Shown one piece after another: positions 12,428 to 26,730 of a stretch of DNA of 64,000 nt. Below the pieces are notes generated by a model. It did no database searches, was not told where the DNA came from, and saw nothing but the letters and a program-made list of their open reading frames with translations. Location: assembly GCF_009914755.1 (NCBI RefSeq), contig NC_060934.1; one strand, 5' to 3'. A program made the translations under genes and the position numbers. Numbering within the stretch: position 1 is the first letter of the stretch; each line of letters begins with the position of its first letter. The stretch is from the human T2T-CHM13v2.0 reference genome, Homo sapiens.

Positions 12428-15039
12428 TTCCCACCTGGTTCTGCCACCCTTTAAGTGGGTGACGATGCACAGGTCACTCCATCCATCTGGTCTCAAGTTC
12501 CTCATCTACATCACAGGCTGATCGCCATCCTGCTCCAGGAGGGAGAAATGGGACCACTGGAAAATGCGACAAGAACAATGCAGTGCACAAACATGAGCCT
12601 TTGTTATAATTGACTCAGCCCTAGGATGGCCCATAGCTAAGGCACGACTTTAAACAGGGGATCTGTAAGTGACATAGACTTTGTTCTTTATTTTAAGTCT
12701 AAGAAAAAATATATACACACAAGATGATACAGAAAGGCAGGAAGCCCGTTTGCTAAATCTTTGACCCACCTCTCACCCCCGTGCTCAAAGATGGCTGTTT
12801 CCTGCCCTTTTTGCCAGAGTCACTGGATGAAGGCCAGATGAAGATTGATGCGAGTTAGGGGTGTGACCATCTCGGAGGGTGAGCTAAGGGCTGTCCTTTG
12901 ACTGGAACAAACCAAAGCGTGCTGGGGGAGGAGGTTCTGCTGTCCAACACCCCTGGCCTTGGTCTTGTCCTTTCAATGTGCCAACTCCTTTCTTGTGTTG
13001 TGTCCCCTGGGGAACAGGGGAGAAGGATATGGAGCTGCCTGCAGGAACTGGAGGAGATCTGAGATGCTCAGTGAACTTTAAATGCAAAACAGGAATGAAG
13101 CGGGGGCGACATCAGCCTCTGCCCCTCTGTGCCCTTCCCTGCTGGAACAAGCATACTCTCTCTTCTCACCTTCAAAGATGCCCTTAAACACCTTGGTCAG
13201 ATTCATCTGGACACCAAAATTTGCACTAGGGTGGGGAATGGGGCTGAGAAGCATATAGTGAGATTTGTGCTGAACTCCCGCTGTACCGCAGGGTGTGAGG
13301 AGAAAAAGAACATAATTGTCCAAGGCCAAGCAGTGAATAAGAACGTCTGGACCCTTCTATGACAAGTCTGCAAGCACTGAGGGAAGGGGCTGTGCGTTAT
13401 TCCAATGTGGGCGGTCCTCCTGATGGGCTTCCCATGGAGCTGGGGCTCAGGTTCATGCTGGTTGAACTGAAATGAATTACAATTGCACAAATTTATCAGA
13501 AAAGACCAGTCAATGGGACAAGCTCTAGGGTCACACTGGTATACACTTTGGAGTTGGGGAAGAAAATCCAGTAAGAAGGGGGCTCAGTCCAAATGGCATG
13601 GGATTTCTGGTAAGTCATGCAGAGCCTGCCCATCCCAGATCCGGAGGGCGAGGAGCTGGGCCAGAGAAGGTGCTCCTGGGCGCTGAGCTCCTGCGAGGCC
13701 CTGATTGTTCAATCCCAACTCATCCTGAATGGGAGTCTGAGTTGGGCAGGACCCACCCCCTCCAGGACGCAGCTGACAACAGGCATGGCAGCAAGGCCTC
13801 CCCATGGTTACAGGCCTGCTGTTATTTATACACATGGGGGTTATTCTTTTCCTCCATGAAGACGCCTTTCTCCCATTAAGGCTAATGGAAGTCATGTGGC
13901 TGAACTGAAGGCATTTCATTTTCCAGATTTTCTAAAAATAAAATGCAGAGAAGGAAAACATATGTATTGTTTCTATTTGGGATTTTAAGAACATAAACAA
14001 AAAGGAACCAGAGAGATTCACTGCCCAAGACATCCAGTTCCTTCTCGATTATAATAGCAGACTGGTTACTTGTCATTAAATTGGTTTCGATGTGGGATAA
14101 CATGACATCTTGCTCAATTTCTTACATGGACACAGTTTAAGTAATGCTCTTTTTATCCCTTGAAAAATATATCCCATCTTTTCTTTGATGACCAGGATAC
14201 TGAAAGGTTTTTATTGGCTAGTGGAGTACTGCATTCTGGTTCAAAAGATCTGTATTCCAGAAAATTTTACTGGGAAGAATATTTTTAAAAAGATAAATTT
14301 ATTTTCCTAAAGACTTTTATTATTCACTTGTGATTATGTATGGCCAAGATAAAAAGGTGCCTCTTGGATATAATAAAATCACACTTAAAAACACAAACAT
14401 ACTTTTACAGTAACGTTTAAAGTGTGATAAAATGTTAGTACCACTCAAAATGCAAGTAACACTGTGGGCCAAACTCAAAATGTCACTAAAAAGCAACTGA
14501 AAATAAAGCTCTGTTCTGCTTTGTCTCATGTAAATATAGTAATTTCTAATTTGGCAAAATTTGCTCAGTCTTCTATTGGCTTTAACATTCTAATTTTCCA
14601 TGTAGGACCATTTCATGGTTCAGGGCACTTTTCCCATTGCTTGAATTTACAGGCATGTTTAAACACGGCTATACCTCCATGTACCATTTGGCCCAGAGCT
14701 TGGGAGCTTTCAGGCACATCAGTCTCTGCCTGGAGATGAAGGTTGTCCCCAGGGACTGGTGAACATACAGCGGCCTGCCCACTGTCACATGCATTTGAAA
14801 ATGATCAGTTAATGATTAGGACCTGTGCTAACCTTAACCATCACATCCCTTAGTTCAATGAATTCTTTACCTCCAGATCTAGGCATTAAGTCAACCCCTG
14901 CTTCCCTATGTTCTGCATGGAATCCATATGCAAGCACTAATTCTGCATAACTGAAACATCCCTGCAACTATACTCTCTCCATCCCCACCTGTACCACTCA
15001 CTAGGTGGACTCTCTTGCTTTGTTGACTTTCCTGCTTCA

Positions 15040-15600
15040 CCCGAGATCTTGAGAATGTAGGTCAGGTTATGGTAATGCTCAGCTTAGATCTCTCTGATGG
15101 CTTTTCCTCCCACCTAAAATAAATCGCAAACTCCTCCTGGTGTGATCGGGCCTCTGCTCACCTCCATGAGCCCAGGTGTCCCCTCTCTGCCCCTCTGCTC
15201 TGCAGTCCCACTGGTCTTGGTCTCATCCCTTGAATGTGCCAGCTTCATTCTTGTGCCATGTCAGAGGCTTTTTGCCAGCTGTTCCTTTGTCCTCTCCAGT
15301 GTCACAAGACAGGCTCCTTCCATCATCTGCAGATCTTGGCTGAAATGTCAATCAGAGAAGCCTTCCCTGGCCACCCATCTAAAGGAGCCAATGAGTAGCC
15401 AGCCCAATCACATCATCTGACTTCAGTGCTCTACACAAGCTCTTATCACCATTGAAATATCTCACTTGGAAGTGTCTATCTGTTGTCCATTTGCATCTAT
15501 GCAATAGCAAGCTCCATGTCAGCAAGGACCTTGCTTTTGCTCACTGCAGTGCCCAACACCTAGATGACACATGGCACTCAATAAACATTTGTCAAGTGAC
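15040..15600 (+). mobile_element. L2 LINE 3' region
   Basis: AAATGTCA..CAGAGAAGCCTTCCCTGGCCACCC...GGCACTCAATAAACATTTGT, typical L2 terminus. Confidence 0.65.
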
Positions 15601-15839
15601 TTATATCATCATTTAACTAATGGCTCATGTCAAGTGACTCACATCATTTAACTGATGACTCCTCACGGATTTCATTCAGCCAAAAGAAAAATTGGTTTGA
15701 GACAGAGTCCACATCCCAAATGGCAGAGGCATTTCTGCATTCTCTGGCCCTTTGTTTTTCTTGCACCATTCCCTCTGTGTCAGGAGGTTGTTGGAAGCCT
15801 GGCTCCCACTAGCTGGGCCACCATGTTGGCAGGTACCAG

Positions 15840-16471
15840 CGTTGGGGCTCAGAAAACACCACCCTAAAATGAAGAAGCCAAGTTTCTGACTTTCTCCTTC
15901 CCTCCTATCTCTCCCCGTTCATCCTCCTCCAGGGCAGGTCACAAAAACTAGAATGCCTTGTTCCAAAGACCAGCCATAAAGCCTCCTCCCCAAGTTGGGC
16001 CACACAAACCAGAATGCCTTGTCCCAAAGACCAGCCATAAAGCCTAAAATGATGACTCTAATCTTCTTCCCACCTTTCTGTGTAAAAGCTGACCATAAAG
16101 AAATTAAGACCCTCATTCCAGAGGGGTTCTTACCCCATACCTAGGAGGAAGAAATGCTACAAAAGAGAAGCCAAGACGAGTCTGAACAGACAGTCCTTAC
16201 TAGGTTTCCCCAGTCTATTACCATTGGCTCATACTTTTTTTGTCCAATCACATTTCTACATTTGTCTCTACTTTGCTGATTCTAAGCATAAAATCAGATG
16301 GCTTCCATGAAGCTTTGGATCTTCATCTTCAAGACTCCCGTGTCATGTAAAACTAGGATTAAATAAATGTGCTATGCTTTTGTCTTGATAACCTTTCTTT
16401 TGTTATAGGGGTATCAGTCCTGACTCTTATGAGGGGGAGGGGAAAGGGATCACTCCTTTTCTGCCCCTATA
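15840..16471 (+). mobile_element. ERV1-class solo LTR (MER34/MER39-like)
   Basis: Starts (C)GTTGGGGCTCAGAAAACACCACCCTAAAAT and ends GGAAAGGGATCACTCCTTTTCTGCCCCTATA. Internal AATAAA and a 34-bp internal repeat (about 15950 and 16011). Confidence 0.65.
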
Positions 16472-18599
16472 CTATGAATCTACTTGGCTGAATGGAACAG
16501 GTGGCAGGATGCAGGGTTGAGTGCAGCATAGCCTAGTGAGCAATTGCCATGAGCAACAATGCAAATGTACAGATTCCATCAGAACCATTTCACATGACCC
16601 TCAAGGCCTGCCCTTTTCCACTCTGAAACTTGTATAAACTAAATGGCAAACTTGACTAATTCCAACTTCACCTTCTCTCTCTGCACCTTGCCTTCACAGA
16701 AGCACAGGTGAGCAGGAAATTAGACAAAAGCCAGGTGTGCAGAAGAGTGGGAATGGAGAAGCTGAGAGCTCAATTGCACTGTCACTGAGATCATTTACTC
16801 CCTAACTAGCTAGTAGTAGCCCTTATGACTTTTCCCTGGATTAAAATTACACATTTTCCATTTCTGACATGACCACCAGCTCAGCCACATGAGGGCAATT
16901 TTCAGGAAGGAAGCAGCAGATCAGCTTCCCAGGCCATGCAGACCAGACACCAAGCTCTGGTGTGTCATTAGGGAAAACAAGATGATCAGGCTTTCTCTGA
17001 GGTTAGAAGAGGAGTGTGCATTTCCTTGCAGGAAAAAAGAATCCAAGTTTTGGGAAAATTTCTCTGCTGGAAAAGGAGTTAAGGAACAAGGAGTTAAGGA
17101 GTTAGGCTTGGGGGACCCTTAATTTTAAGTTATCTGCATTTGGGACATTAGGTACTCTTGCTGAATAATACACAACACCCAGATATTCAATGCATTTCTA
17201 AAGAAAATTGCCTTCTAGAATATATTGCTGGCTAAAATAACACAGTGCATGACAGTTATAGTGTGTGAATTATATCTCCATGAAATTGTTAACAAATGAA
17301 TCTTTATAAAAGACAAACAGCTCACCAGGTTGATAGCCTGTGGCCAGCAGATTCTGAACCAGGCAGGAACAGAAAAGGACTTGCCAAAGGCAAACCAAGA
17401 GCATTTCATTCTTCGCAGGTGAGCCTAAGTGAAATACACTGTTTCATACTTGGCATTCTGGTCTTTGCTAGTCTTTTGACTTGTACTCTAATTTCTTTTG
17501 GTTGAGAAACTAATTCAACTCAGCTGCAGAGACTCCAAGTTTTGTGCTTTAAGTTTTATAATGTAATTAAGGATTCACATCCAATTATATCATGTGAAAA
17601 ATCCTCTCTCAATCCTTTCTCTACTAATCCTAGACTCCATGCCTTGTGTGCTAACTTGATCTATACTCAGGAGAAAAGCAGAAAGCTCATTTGCAAGCAT
17701 CGAGCTGAGCTTGAAATGATCGGTGATATTTTAGCCTAGTCAACATTGTCTGAAAATACATGCATTCCTTTTGTTTGTGATTTGAGATCATAAGATGTAT
17801 TCTTATAAGGTAATCCTTAAAAAGGAGGACTGCGTCTTCAGAATAAGACTTCAGCATTAGCTCTATAAGCATAGATTTCATGCCAACCAGATGCAGGTAT
17901 TGTCACTTCTCTCTTAGCAACCCTTCAGAGGCCCCAGAGTGAGGCCTGAAATCTTTGGTGTGGATAGCCTCACATGCTGGGTCCTAAACTTCCAATACCA
18001 TATTCTATTTGCCACCCATCAAGTTCACGGTGATCCAAGAATGGGTTCTGTTTGTCATTCTCCAAGACTGTGCATTTCTGTGTCTGCTGTGGGTTGCTTC
18101 CACCCTGGGATGCACTTACCCATCCCACTCATTGAAAATCAACCCCCCGACCCCACCTTGCTCTGTAGGCTCAACAGAGGCTTTGGATATTCCATAAGCC
18201 TGACATTGACTCATTTTGCAAATGTCATTGCTGGTAGACCTTCTCTCCTCTCTTTCTCTCTCCTGTCTGTGTGCATCTTGGGGCAAAGAAAGTTATCCTT
18301 CTCTTCACTGTATCATAAAGCACAGTAATTCATATGCCTTCTATATTTAATAAAACTTTAAACTCTGTTATTTTTGCATCCCAGTTCTCTTCATGAATAC
18401 GCCAATTCCCTCTAGATTCATCATTATTTTGAGTCGTCACAACTACCGCAATTCTCTAAAAACAAAATAAAAGTTAGAATAATAAAAATGTAAAGCACAA
18501 GTTCAAAAGGATTTAGGGGTCCCTATACACCGACTCAAATGGTACAAGTTAACCACTGTGGTCCCTAATGATGTAAAAGAGTTAATACACTAACAACTC

Positions 18600-19110
18600 C
18601 AAAAAAAACCCTAACACCAAGACCATTTCTTAAGTAGGAAATATACATGGCCAATACATGAAAAAGTCCTGCTTTATTTGTGAGTTGATATTAGACAAAA
18701 ATAATGTATTTTTCACCTATCAAATTAGTAAAGTGTAGAGATATATACACTCAATTCTAGAGAGACTAGAGGGAGGCAGAAACTCTCCTACATTGCTAAT
18801 GGCAGCGCACATTACCACGATACTTTTTAAGGCAATTAGTAACATAGAATCCAAAGCCTTAAAAATGTTCATATCATTTACCTAACAATTCCTCTTCCAG
18901 GAATATAGCTTAAGAACATAAACATAGGTATAGTCAAAGTTTTACACATACAGATATTAAGAATTATTTATAATGGTGAAAAAATAGGAATCAAGCTAAA
19001 TACCCAACATTAGGAATATAGTTTAAAAGTTCATATCATCATATGATCTGAATATTAGTTATTTCGTATGTTTGAAAATAACTTTTAATAACAGGGAAAA
19101 CAGGTCACTC
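18600..19110 (+). mobile_element. Old L1 (L1ME-like) 3' ORF2/UTR fragment
   Basis: A-rich, with TTTTCACCTATCAAATTAG and ACAATTCCTCTTCCAGGAATATAG motifs. Confidence 0.55.
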
Positions 19111-19193
19111 TAATTCGTGGCTTAATTAAGAACTGTGACAATATTAGAAAAAGCCTAACAATGTGAGCAAAAAGGAATCTTCAAGAATAGACA

Positions 19194-19558
19194 TGGTACA
19201 ATGGACTGAAGTTCATGTTCGTACCAAATTCATATGGTGAAGCCCTAATCTCAGTGTGATATTATTAGGAGGTAGGGTTCTGGGAGGTAATTAGGTCATA
19301 TGGGTGGAGCCCTCATAAATTGGATTAGTGACTTTATAAGCAGCAGCCAGTGAGCTAGCTAGCTCACTTTCTACAATGTGAGGACACGACAAAAACTCAA
19401 CAGTCCACAATAGGAAGTGGGCCTTCACCAGAACCCGACCATGCTGGCACCTGGATCTCAGACTTCCAGTCTCCAGAACTGTGAATAATAAATTTGTGTC
19501 GTTTATAAGCCATCATGTCTATGGCACTGTGTTATAGCAGCATTAATAGACTAAGACA
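19194..19558 (+). mobile_element. MaLR solo LTR (MLT1A-like)
   Basis: AAATTCATATGGTGAAGCCCTAA...GACTTCCAGTCTCCAGAACTGTGA..AATAAA...ACTAAGACA. Confidence 0.85.
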
Positions 19559-19843
19559 TCCCATGTAAGTCCACTTGTATAAATGGACTTCATGAAATTC
19601 ATTATTAAATGAAGAGGCACACCATCTTTATATAGAAAAACTAACAATGCAATGATGACGATTAAACTCATCTTTGAATTTAATTTTTTTAAAAGAGCAA
19701 AAAAGTCCTAACTTTTTTATGGATGGCCAACTTAACATTCTAGTGGGAAAAATAGATTTAGGAAATCTTTTATTTCCTGCCATTTGGTAGACTAGATATC
19801 ACAAAAATTCTTGTGCTCTGAAGCAAATAAAAACCTTGGAAAT

Positions 19844-20149
<306 letters not shown>

Positions 20150-21048
20150 CCTTAGAAATAAGTATAAAGACATGTTTAAAAATATATGGCTCAGCTGGCA
20201 AGAATGTAAGGAAATACTTCGGAGGCCAAGAAGAAAACTGGAGAACAAATCCAACTGCCTTGGGGGCCACTGCTGATTTTCGGTCCCTTATAGTTTTGAA
20301 TTTAATGTCAAATAGAGGACAGGGAACTAAACATGGGACCTGAGAATGTAGGAAGTCAGACTGGAAATCCCTGCATAAAGACTCAATTTATAATCATAAG
20401 CTAGTCCCCTTTCAGACTTGGGGCCAAAAGTTCACACAACCTGCTTACTGTGGACAACCACAAGCTGGAAATTTAGCAAGAAGTAAGCCCAGCTGAGAGA
20501 AGCATGGAAATCCCATCTGAAGGAACTTATTCTCAACCCAGAAAATTTTCACAGATAAAGTCCCAATAAACATGAGCTCAGGATCATAGTAACAATATAT
20601 ATGGACCAGAAATCTTAATAATATAAGAAACAACTTAAGCAAAAGTCAGTAGAGACACCAAACTGCAGAAGCAGACACACATATGCCTCAGATAAAAAAT
20701 ACATAAAAATATTAGTTTATGTCCTGTATTTTCATCTTAGAAATAAAAAATACAGGATATAAACTAATATGTTTAAAGGCATAAAATAATTAATTTATGA
20801 ATGAAGAGCATGAGACTATAAAGATTACCAGAGTGATTTCAAAAGAGCTAGAAAGCACTTTTATAAACAAAAAATGTGCTAATTGAAGTTAAAACTCAGA
20901 TGACTTTAGATACAAGTGAAACTAGAATTAGTGAAGTAGAATATTAATCTAAAAAATTTAATGAAAGCATCATAGAAAGTCAAGAAATTGAAAATGGGAA
21001 ATCTGTGAAAATGGGAAAGACAGGTTAGAAGGAAGAAAAATAGAATGA

Positions 21049-21352
<304 letters not shown>

Positions 21353-24146
21353 GAAAGAAAGAACAAAAGAACGACATAGTATAAAACACACCTAATCAGA
21401 ATTCTGAAGGAGATAATAGAGGAAATAAAGGAGGGGAAATAAATGGCTGCAAAATTTCCAGAAGGAATAAAGACAAAATCCATCAGATTCACTAAGGATA
21501 ACACATCATTAAAAGAACCAAAAAGAAATCCACTTTAAATACATTGTAATGAAGCATAACACTAAGCACAAAGGGAAGATCTCAAAAACAGCCAGAAGAG
21601 GTATGAAGGTATAATAGTTAGACATATAGCTGCCTTCTCCATAGCAATAGTGGAAGCCAAAGACACTAGGATATTTTCAAAGGACCTAACAGAAAATAAT
21701 TGTCAACATACCTTAGTATGTTAGTCTATGTTACAAGGTACAGAGACTAGCACCTTGTAAAGTTTTCTTTTAAGAAAACAGTAAAACAAAGATGTTTTTA
21801 GGATTTCCACTTTCTCCCAAGCCATCGGAAATAATTTACCACCAAAAGTCCCTCCACTTTGATGCACCACCAAAAGGAACATGTAAAATATGTACTTTAG
21901 GAAGGTAAAAATTGATAAGATCTGCGTGCACAAGGGAAAGAGAAGCAAAGGCAATGGTAAACATAAGGTAAATCTAAATATTGTATAATATAAAAGGAAA
22001 GTCCAATTTGTGAGAATCAAAAAGCAAAACAAGATACAACTAAAACATATAATAGCAGTAGTATCTCTGTTTGAGGGGATGATGAGAAGTAAAGTATTCT
22101 AAGATTCTAACTTGCTCCAGAGATAAGTAAAAATATTGATTAAATTTTGGCCTTGATGAGTTCACGTTACAATTTTTAGCTGGTCACTAAAATAATAGAA
22201 ATAAAGAGTATAACTCCCAACTATCACAGACAAAAAGTGGAATGAGAAAAAAATTAATTCGATACAAGGAAGGATCAAAAGAAAAAGAGGTAAGACAAAT
22301 AGAAAAACCTAAATAATAGGGTAGAAATAAATCAACACATATCAGTTATCAAAATAAATGTAAATGGCCTAAATTTTCTACAAATGTATGATAATAACTA
22401 GCAAAGTTTTGCAAAAATGTAGTAATCAGCATCTTGCCCTAAAGGATATTAAAGTTCATGATGAAGACATAATTAAAACAAAGGGGATATTTATGAGTAT
22501 ATGCAGAAAATATTTTGAGATGAATAAAAATGAAAACAATACATACCAAAATTAGAAGGAAATTATAGCTTCAAATTAGTGTATGAAAATGTTTGATATA
22601 AGCATTTGATCTAAGCTTTTTAAGAATCTACAAAAAATAAGAGGAACAAATACAGGACAAAATAAATAAACAAATAGAAATAAGAAAGCTAAAAGCAGAA
22701 ATCAATATAAAAGAAAATTGACAAACAATAGAGAAAATCAATAAAATAAAACCTGGATATTTGGGGAAAAATCAATAAAATGGACAAACCTGTAGCTGGA
22801 CTGATAAGGGCAAAAGAAAAGACAAAACTATCATTAACAGGAATAGATTAGAGGACATCACTGAAGATCTTAGGATAATAGAAAAACACTATGAACTTTA
22901 TGCCAATAATTTAAATAACTTTGATAAAATGGCAAATCCCTTGAAAGACACAGAAGATTGCCAAAACAGACTTATATGAGATGGCAAATTCCTTGAAAGA
23001 CACAAATTGCCCAAACACTTAAGAAGTAGAAACCTGACTAGTCATACAGCAAATAAAAAATTGAATTCATAATTAAAACCTTTCCCACAGAGAAAACTTC
23101 AGGCCAGATGACTTCATGGGTGATTTCTACCAAACACTTACAGAAGAAATAGTTCCAATCCTCTAAAATCTCCTTCGGAAACAGAGGAGGAGAGAACGTT
23201 TCCCAGTTCATTGTATAAACCTTTTTCCTGATACCAAAATCAAAAATATTTTTAAAAAGAAAACAACATACCAATATTCCTCACAAACATAAATAAAAAA
23301 AATCCCCCAAAATATTAGCAAATAGAATCCGGCAATATATTTATTTTTTAAAAGTATAATGGATCATGACCAAATAGTTATCCTGGAAATAGTTAATGTA
23401 ACATATGAAAAAATCAATGTAATTCCCCATATTTATAAAATGAAGAAAGAAAATCCCATTATTATTCTACAGGTGCATAAAAAGCACTTGTCAGTATTCA
23501 ACACCAATGCATAAAAAAGTTCTCAAATTAGGAATAGAAACAACAACGATTAAAAACACCCCAAAAAACCTGAATAAAAATGGGCAAAGGACTTGAATAA
23601 TTGTTGCTTCAAAGAAAATATACAAATGACCAACAAAAACATGGAAAGATGTTCAGTTATTACTAGGAAATCACTAGGAAACTGCAAATCAAAACCACAA
23701 TGAGATAACACTTCCCACCTATCAGGATGGATATTAATTGAAAAAACAGAGCACGACGAGTGTTGGTGAAGTTGTGGAGAAATTAGAACCCTTGTGCATT
23801 GCTGGTGGGGATGCCAAATGGAGCAACCACTATGGAAAACAGAATAACAGTTCCTCAAAATATCAAAAATAGAATTTTCATATGATCCAGTAATTCCACA
23901 TTGGGGCATATACCCCAAAGAATTGAAAGCAGAGACTTAAAGATGTACTTGCATATCCCTTGTGCAGCATATTAATAACATTATTCATACTAGTCAAAAG
24001 GTGGTAGCAACCCAAGTGTCCATCAACAGATGAACGGGTAAACAAAATGTGGTACATACATACATAGAATATTAGCCCTTTAATACATATACATGCATAC
24101 AATTGGAGGCTAAAGAGGGGAATATATGCCACATATCTGTGTGTGT

Positions 24147-24360
24147 GTATATATACATATAATATATATATAATATATATTATATATTATATATATTATA
24201 TATTATATATAATATATAATATATATTATATATTATGTTATATAATATATAATATATAATATAATAATAATATATAATATATAATATAATAATAATATAT
24301 AATATATAATATATATGTATATAATTATTTAATTATATGTATATTATATATACATATAAT
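24147..24360. repeat. AT-rich (TA)n / (TATATAA)n low-complexity tract
   Basis: About 210 bp of almost exclusively A/T. Confidence 0.95.
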
Positions 24361-24571
24361 TAGAATATACACATGCAGTTAGAATACAATTAGAATATCA
24401 ACCTTAACAGGAAAGAAATTCTAACGCATGCAACGGCATAAATGAACCCTGAGGACATTAAGTAAAATAAGCCAATCACAAAAGAACAGATATTGTACGA
24501 TTTCACTTATATGACATACCTAGAGTGGTCACATTCACAGACAGAAAGCAGAGTGGTCATGGCTTCCAGAG

Positions 24572-24666
24572 AATGGGGAGTTAGTGTTTAATGGGGAGTT
24601 AGTGTCTAATGGGAAGTTAGTGTTTAATGGGGAGTTAGTGTTTAATGGGGAGTTAGTGTTTAATGG
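24572..24666. repeat. 18-bp tandem repeat x5 (AATGGGGAGTTAGTGTTT)
   Basis: Five near-perfect copies inside the L1MB 3' UTR. Confidence 0.92.
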
Positions 24667-26229
24667 ATGTATGGGTGGTGGCTTCCAGGGAATGGGTATA
24701 TAGCGTTTAATGGGTATGTGGAGTTTACAAGATGAAAAGAGTTCTGGAGATGGATGGTGATGATGGTTGCAAAACAGTATGAATGTACTTAATGCCACAG
24801 AACTGTACGCTTACAACTTGTTAAAATGGTAAACTTTATATTATGTGTATTTTATCAAAATTTAAAAAAAGAAGAAAGAACTAGGCATAAAAGGAAACTT
24901 CCTCAACCTGGTAAATTCTCTCTAAATAGATATAGAGAGAATCTATATATCTCTATTTTTGAAAATCCCCACAGCTAACAAAGGATAAAGGCGAGGATGT
25001 TCCCTCCCATCACTTCTACTCAACATTGTACGAAAAGCCTTACCTAGAGCAATAAGGCAAGAATAAAATAGAAGTCATCAAAATGGGAAAAAGTACGTAA
25101 AAAAATTGTTCCTATATAATATTATTACATAGAAAATCCTAAGGAATCTACAAAAACACTACTAAGTGCATGTAGCAAAAGCTGCAGGATTCAGTTCCCA
25201 TACAGAAATGATATATCTCCGTAAGTAAGCAGAAAAGCTGGAAAGGAAATTTTTAAAAATCTGTATCAGTCATTTATACTAGCATTCAGAATATAAAATA
25301 GGTAAGGATAAATTTTGCAAAATATGTAAATGATCTCTATAATGAAAACTACAAGACTTTGCTGATAGAAATTAAAGATTCATGCAATGACATGGAAGAA
25401 TTTCAAAAGCATTAGCCTGAGTGAAAGAAATCATACACAAAAGAGTATGCTCAATTTGCTTCAATTTATATAGATTCTAGAATAGTGACAGAAAGATCAG
25501 TGGTTTCCCAGGACTGGGGGTGAAGGAAGATTGAATGCAAAAAGATTAAACCTTTTTAAGGTGACAGAAATCATCTATATCTAATTGTGGTTAGTTACAT
25601 AGGTATATACATAAAATGTGTGCACTTTAATATAAGTATATTATGTCTCCAAATAGCCAATGTAAAAGGAAAAAAAACAAACAACAGAGTACAGAACCGG
25701 GTCTTTTTTAAAATATAAAATTAAAATTTGGAAAAAGTATGATGGCATCCGGATTCTCTCACTCCCTAACTCCTGCAGTAATGAGGTACGTGAAATGCTA
25801 ACCATTCACACTTAGGAGCATCTGAAAAATTCCTCATCCTTCAAATCCGCAGACGGAAACAGAGGAGCTTTTGTGATTCACACAATATTCAAGTTGCGTG
25901 AGAATTTCTAGAAGGAAACAATTGTATAAGTCAGGGAAATCCTTGCATAAACAAGATATAAACCAGAATTAAATGTGTGATTGGCATTTCCAACCGGTAG
26001 AAAAATAACAAATTATCTCATCCATGGTCTGTGGACAACTGGCAAATCATTTAGGAAAAGCAGATTCCAAACTTACACTGTACAGGAAACACATCCAGAA
26101 GGACTACAGATTTAAATAAAAGTACAAGACAGGTATGCAGGTTACAGAAGTCCTTTCTAAGCCTGTCTGTGAAAAGACAAAGGGGAAAAGATGAAGAAGA
26201 AATCTGAATGTGAAAAATTACCAGAAACA

Positions 26230-26730
26230 GATATGATGCCTAAATGCAAGATGGCATCCTGGATCGGATCCTGGAACAGAAAAAGGACATTAGAAGAAAA
26301 ACTGATAGAATCTGAATAAAGTCTGTAGTTTAGATAACAGTAGTGTACCAATATTAATTGCTTAGTTTATAAGTCAATTGTTCTCATTTGGGACCAATTT
26401 TGCTCCCTGGGGAACATTTGCCAGTGCCTGGAGATATTTTTGGTTGTGTGCTAGGGGGAGAAGGGGAGGCTCTACCAGCATCTAATGGTAGAGGCCAGGG
26501 ATGTTGCCAAGCATCCTTCAGTGAAAAGGACAGCCGCCCATAATGAAGACTTATCCAGCCCACAATGTGAATAGCACCCAGGTCAAGAAACTCTGTCTCA
26601 GATAGATGTACTGTGGTTATGTAAGATGTAAATGTTAAGGGGAAGCTCAGTGAAGGATGTATGCATGGGAATGCTTTCTACTATCTCTGTAACTCTTGTT
26701 AATACAAAATTATTTCAAAATTCAAAGTTT
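26230..26730 (+). mobile_element. L1MC 3' end interrupted by MER20
   Basis: ATCCTGGATCGGATCCTGGAACAGAAAAAGGACATTAG...ACTATCTCTGTAACTCTT. Confidence 0.7.
26375..26595 (+). mobile_element. MER20 (hAT-Charlie)
   Basis: TTTTGCTCCCTGGGGAACATTTG..CTGGAGATATTTTTGGTTGT..GTAGAGGCCAGGGATGTTG..TTATCCAGCCCACAATGT. Confidence 0.8.

Larger units (their letters stand above)
23550..24872 (+). mobile_element. L1MB 3' end nested in the older L1
   Basis: AAATGGGCAAAGGACTTGAAT...AACCCAAGTGTCCATCAACAGATGAACGG...GTTCTGGAGATGGATGGTGATGATGGTTGC. Confidence 0.8.
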
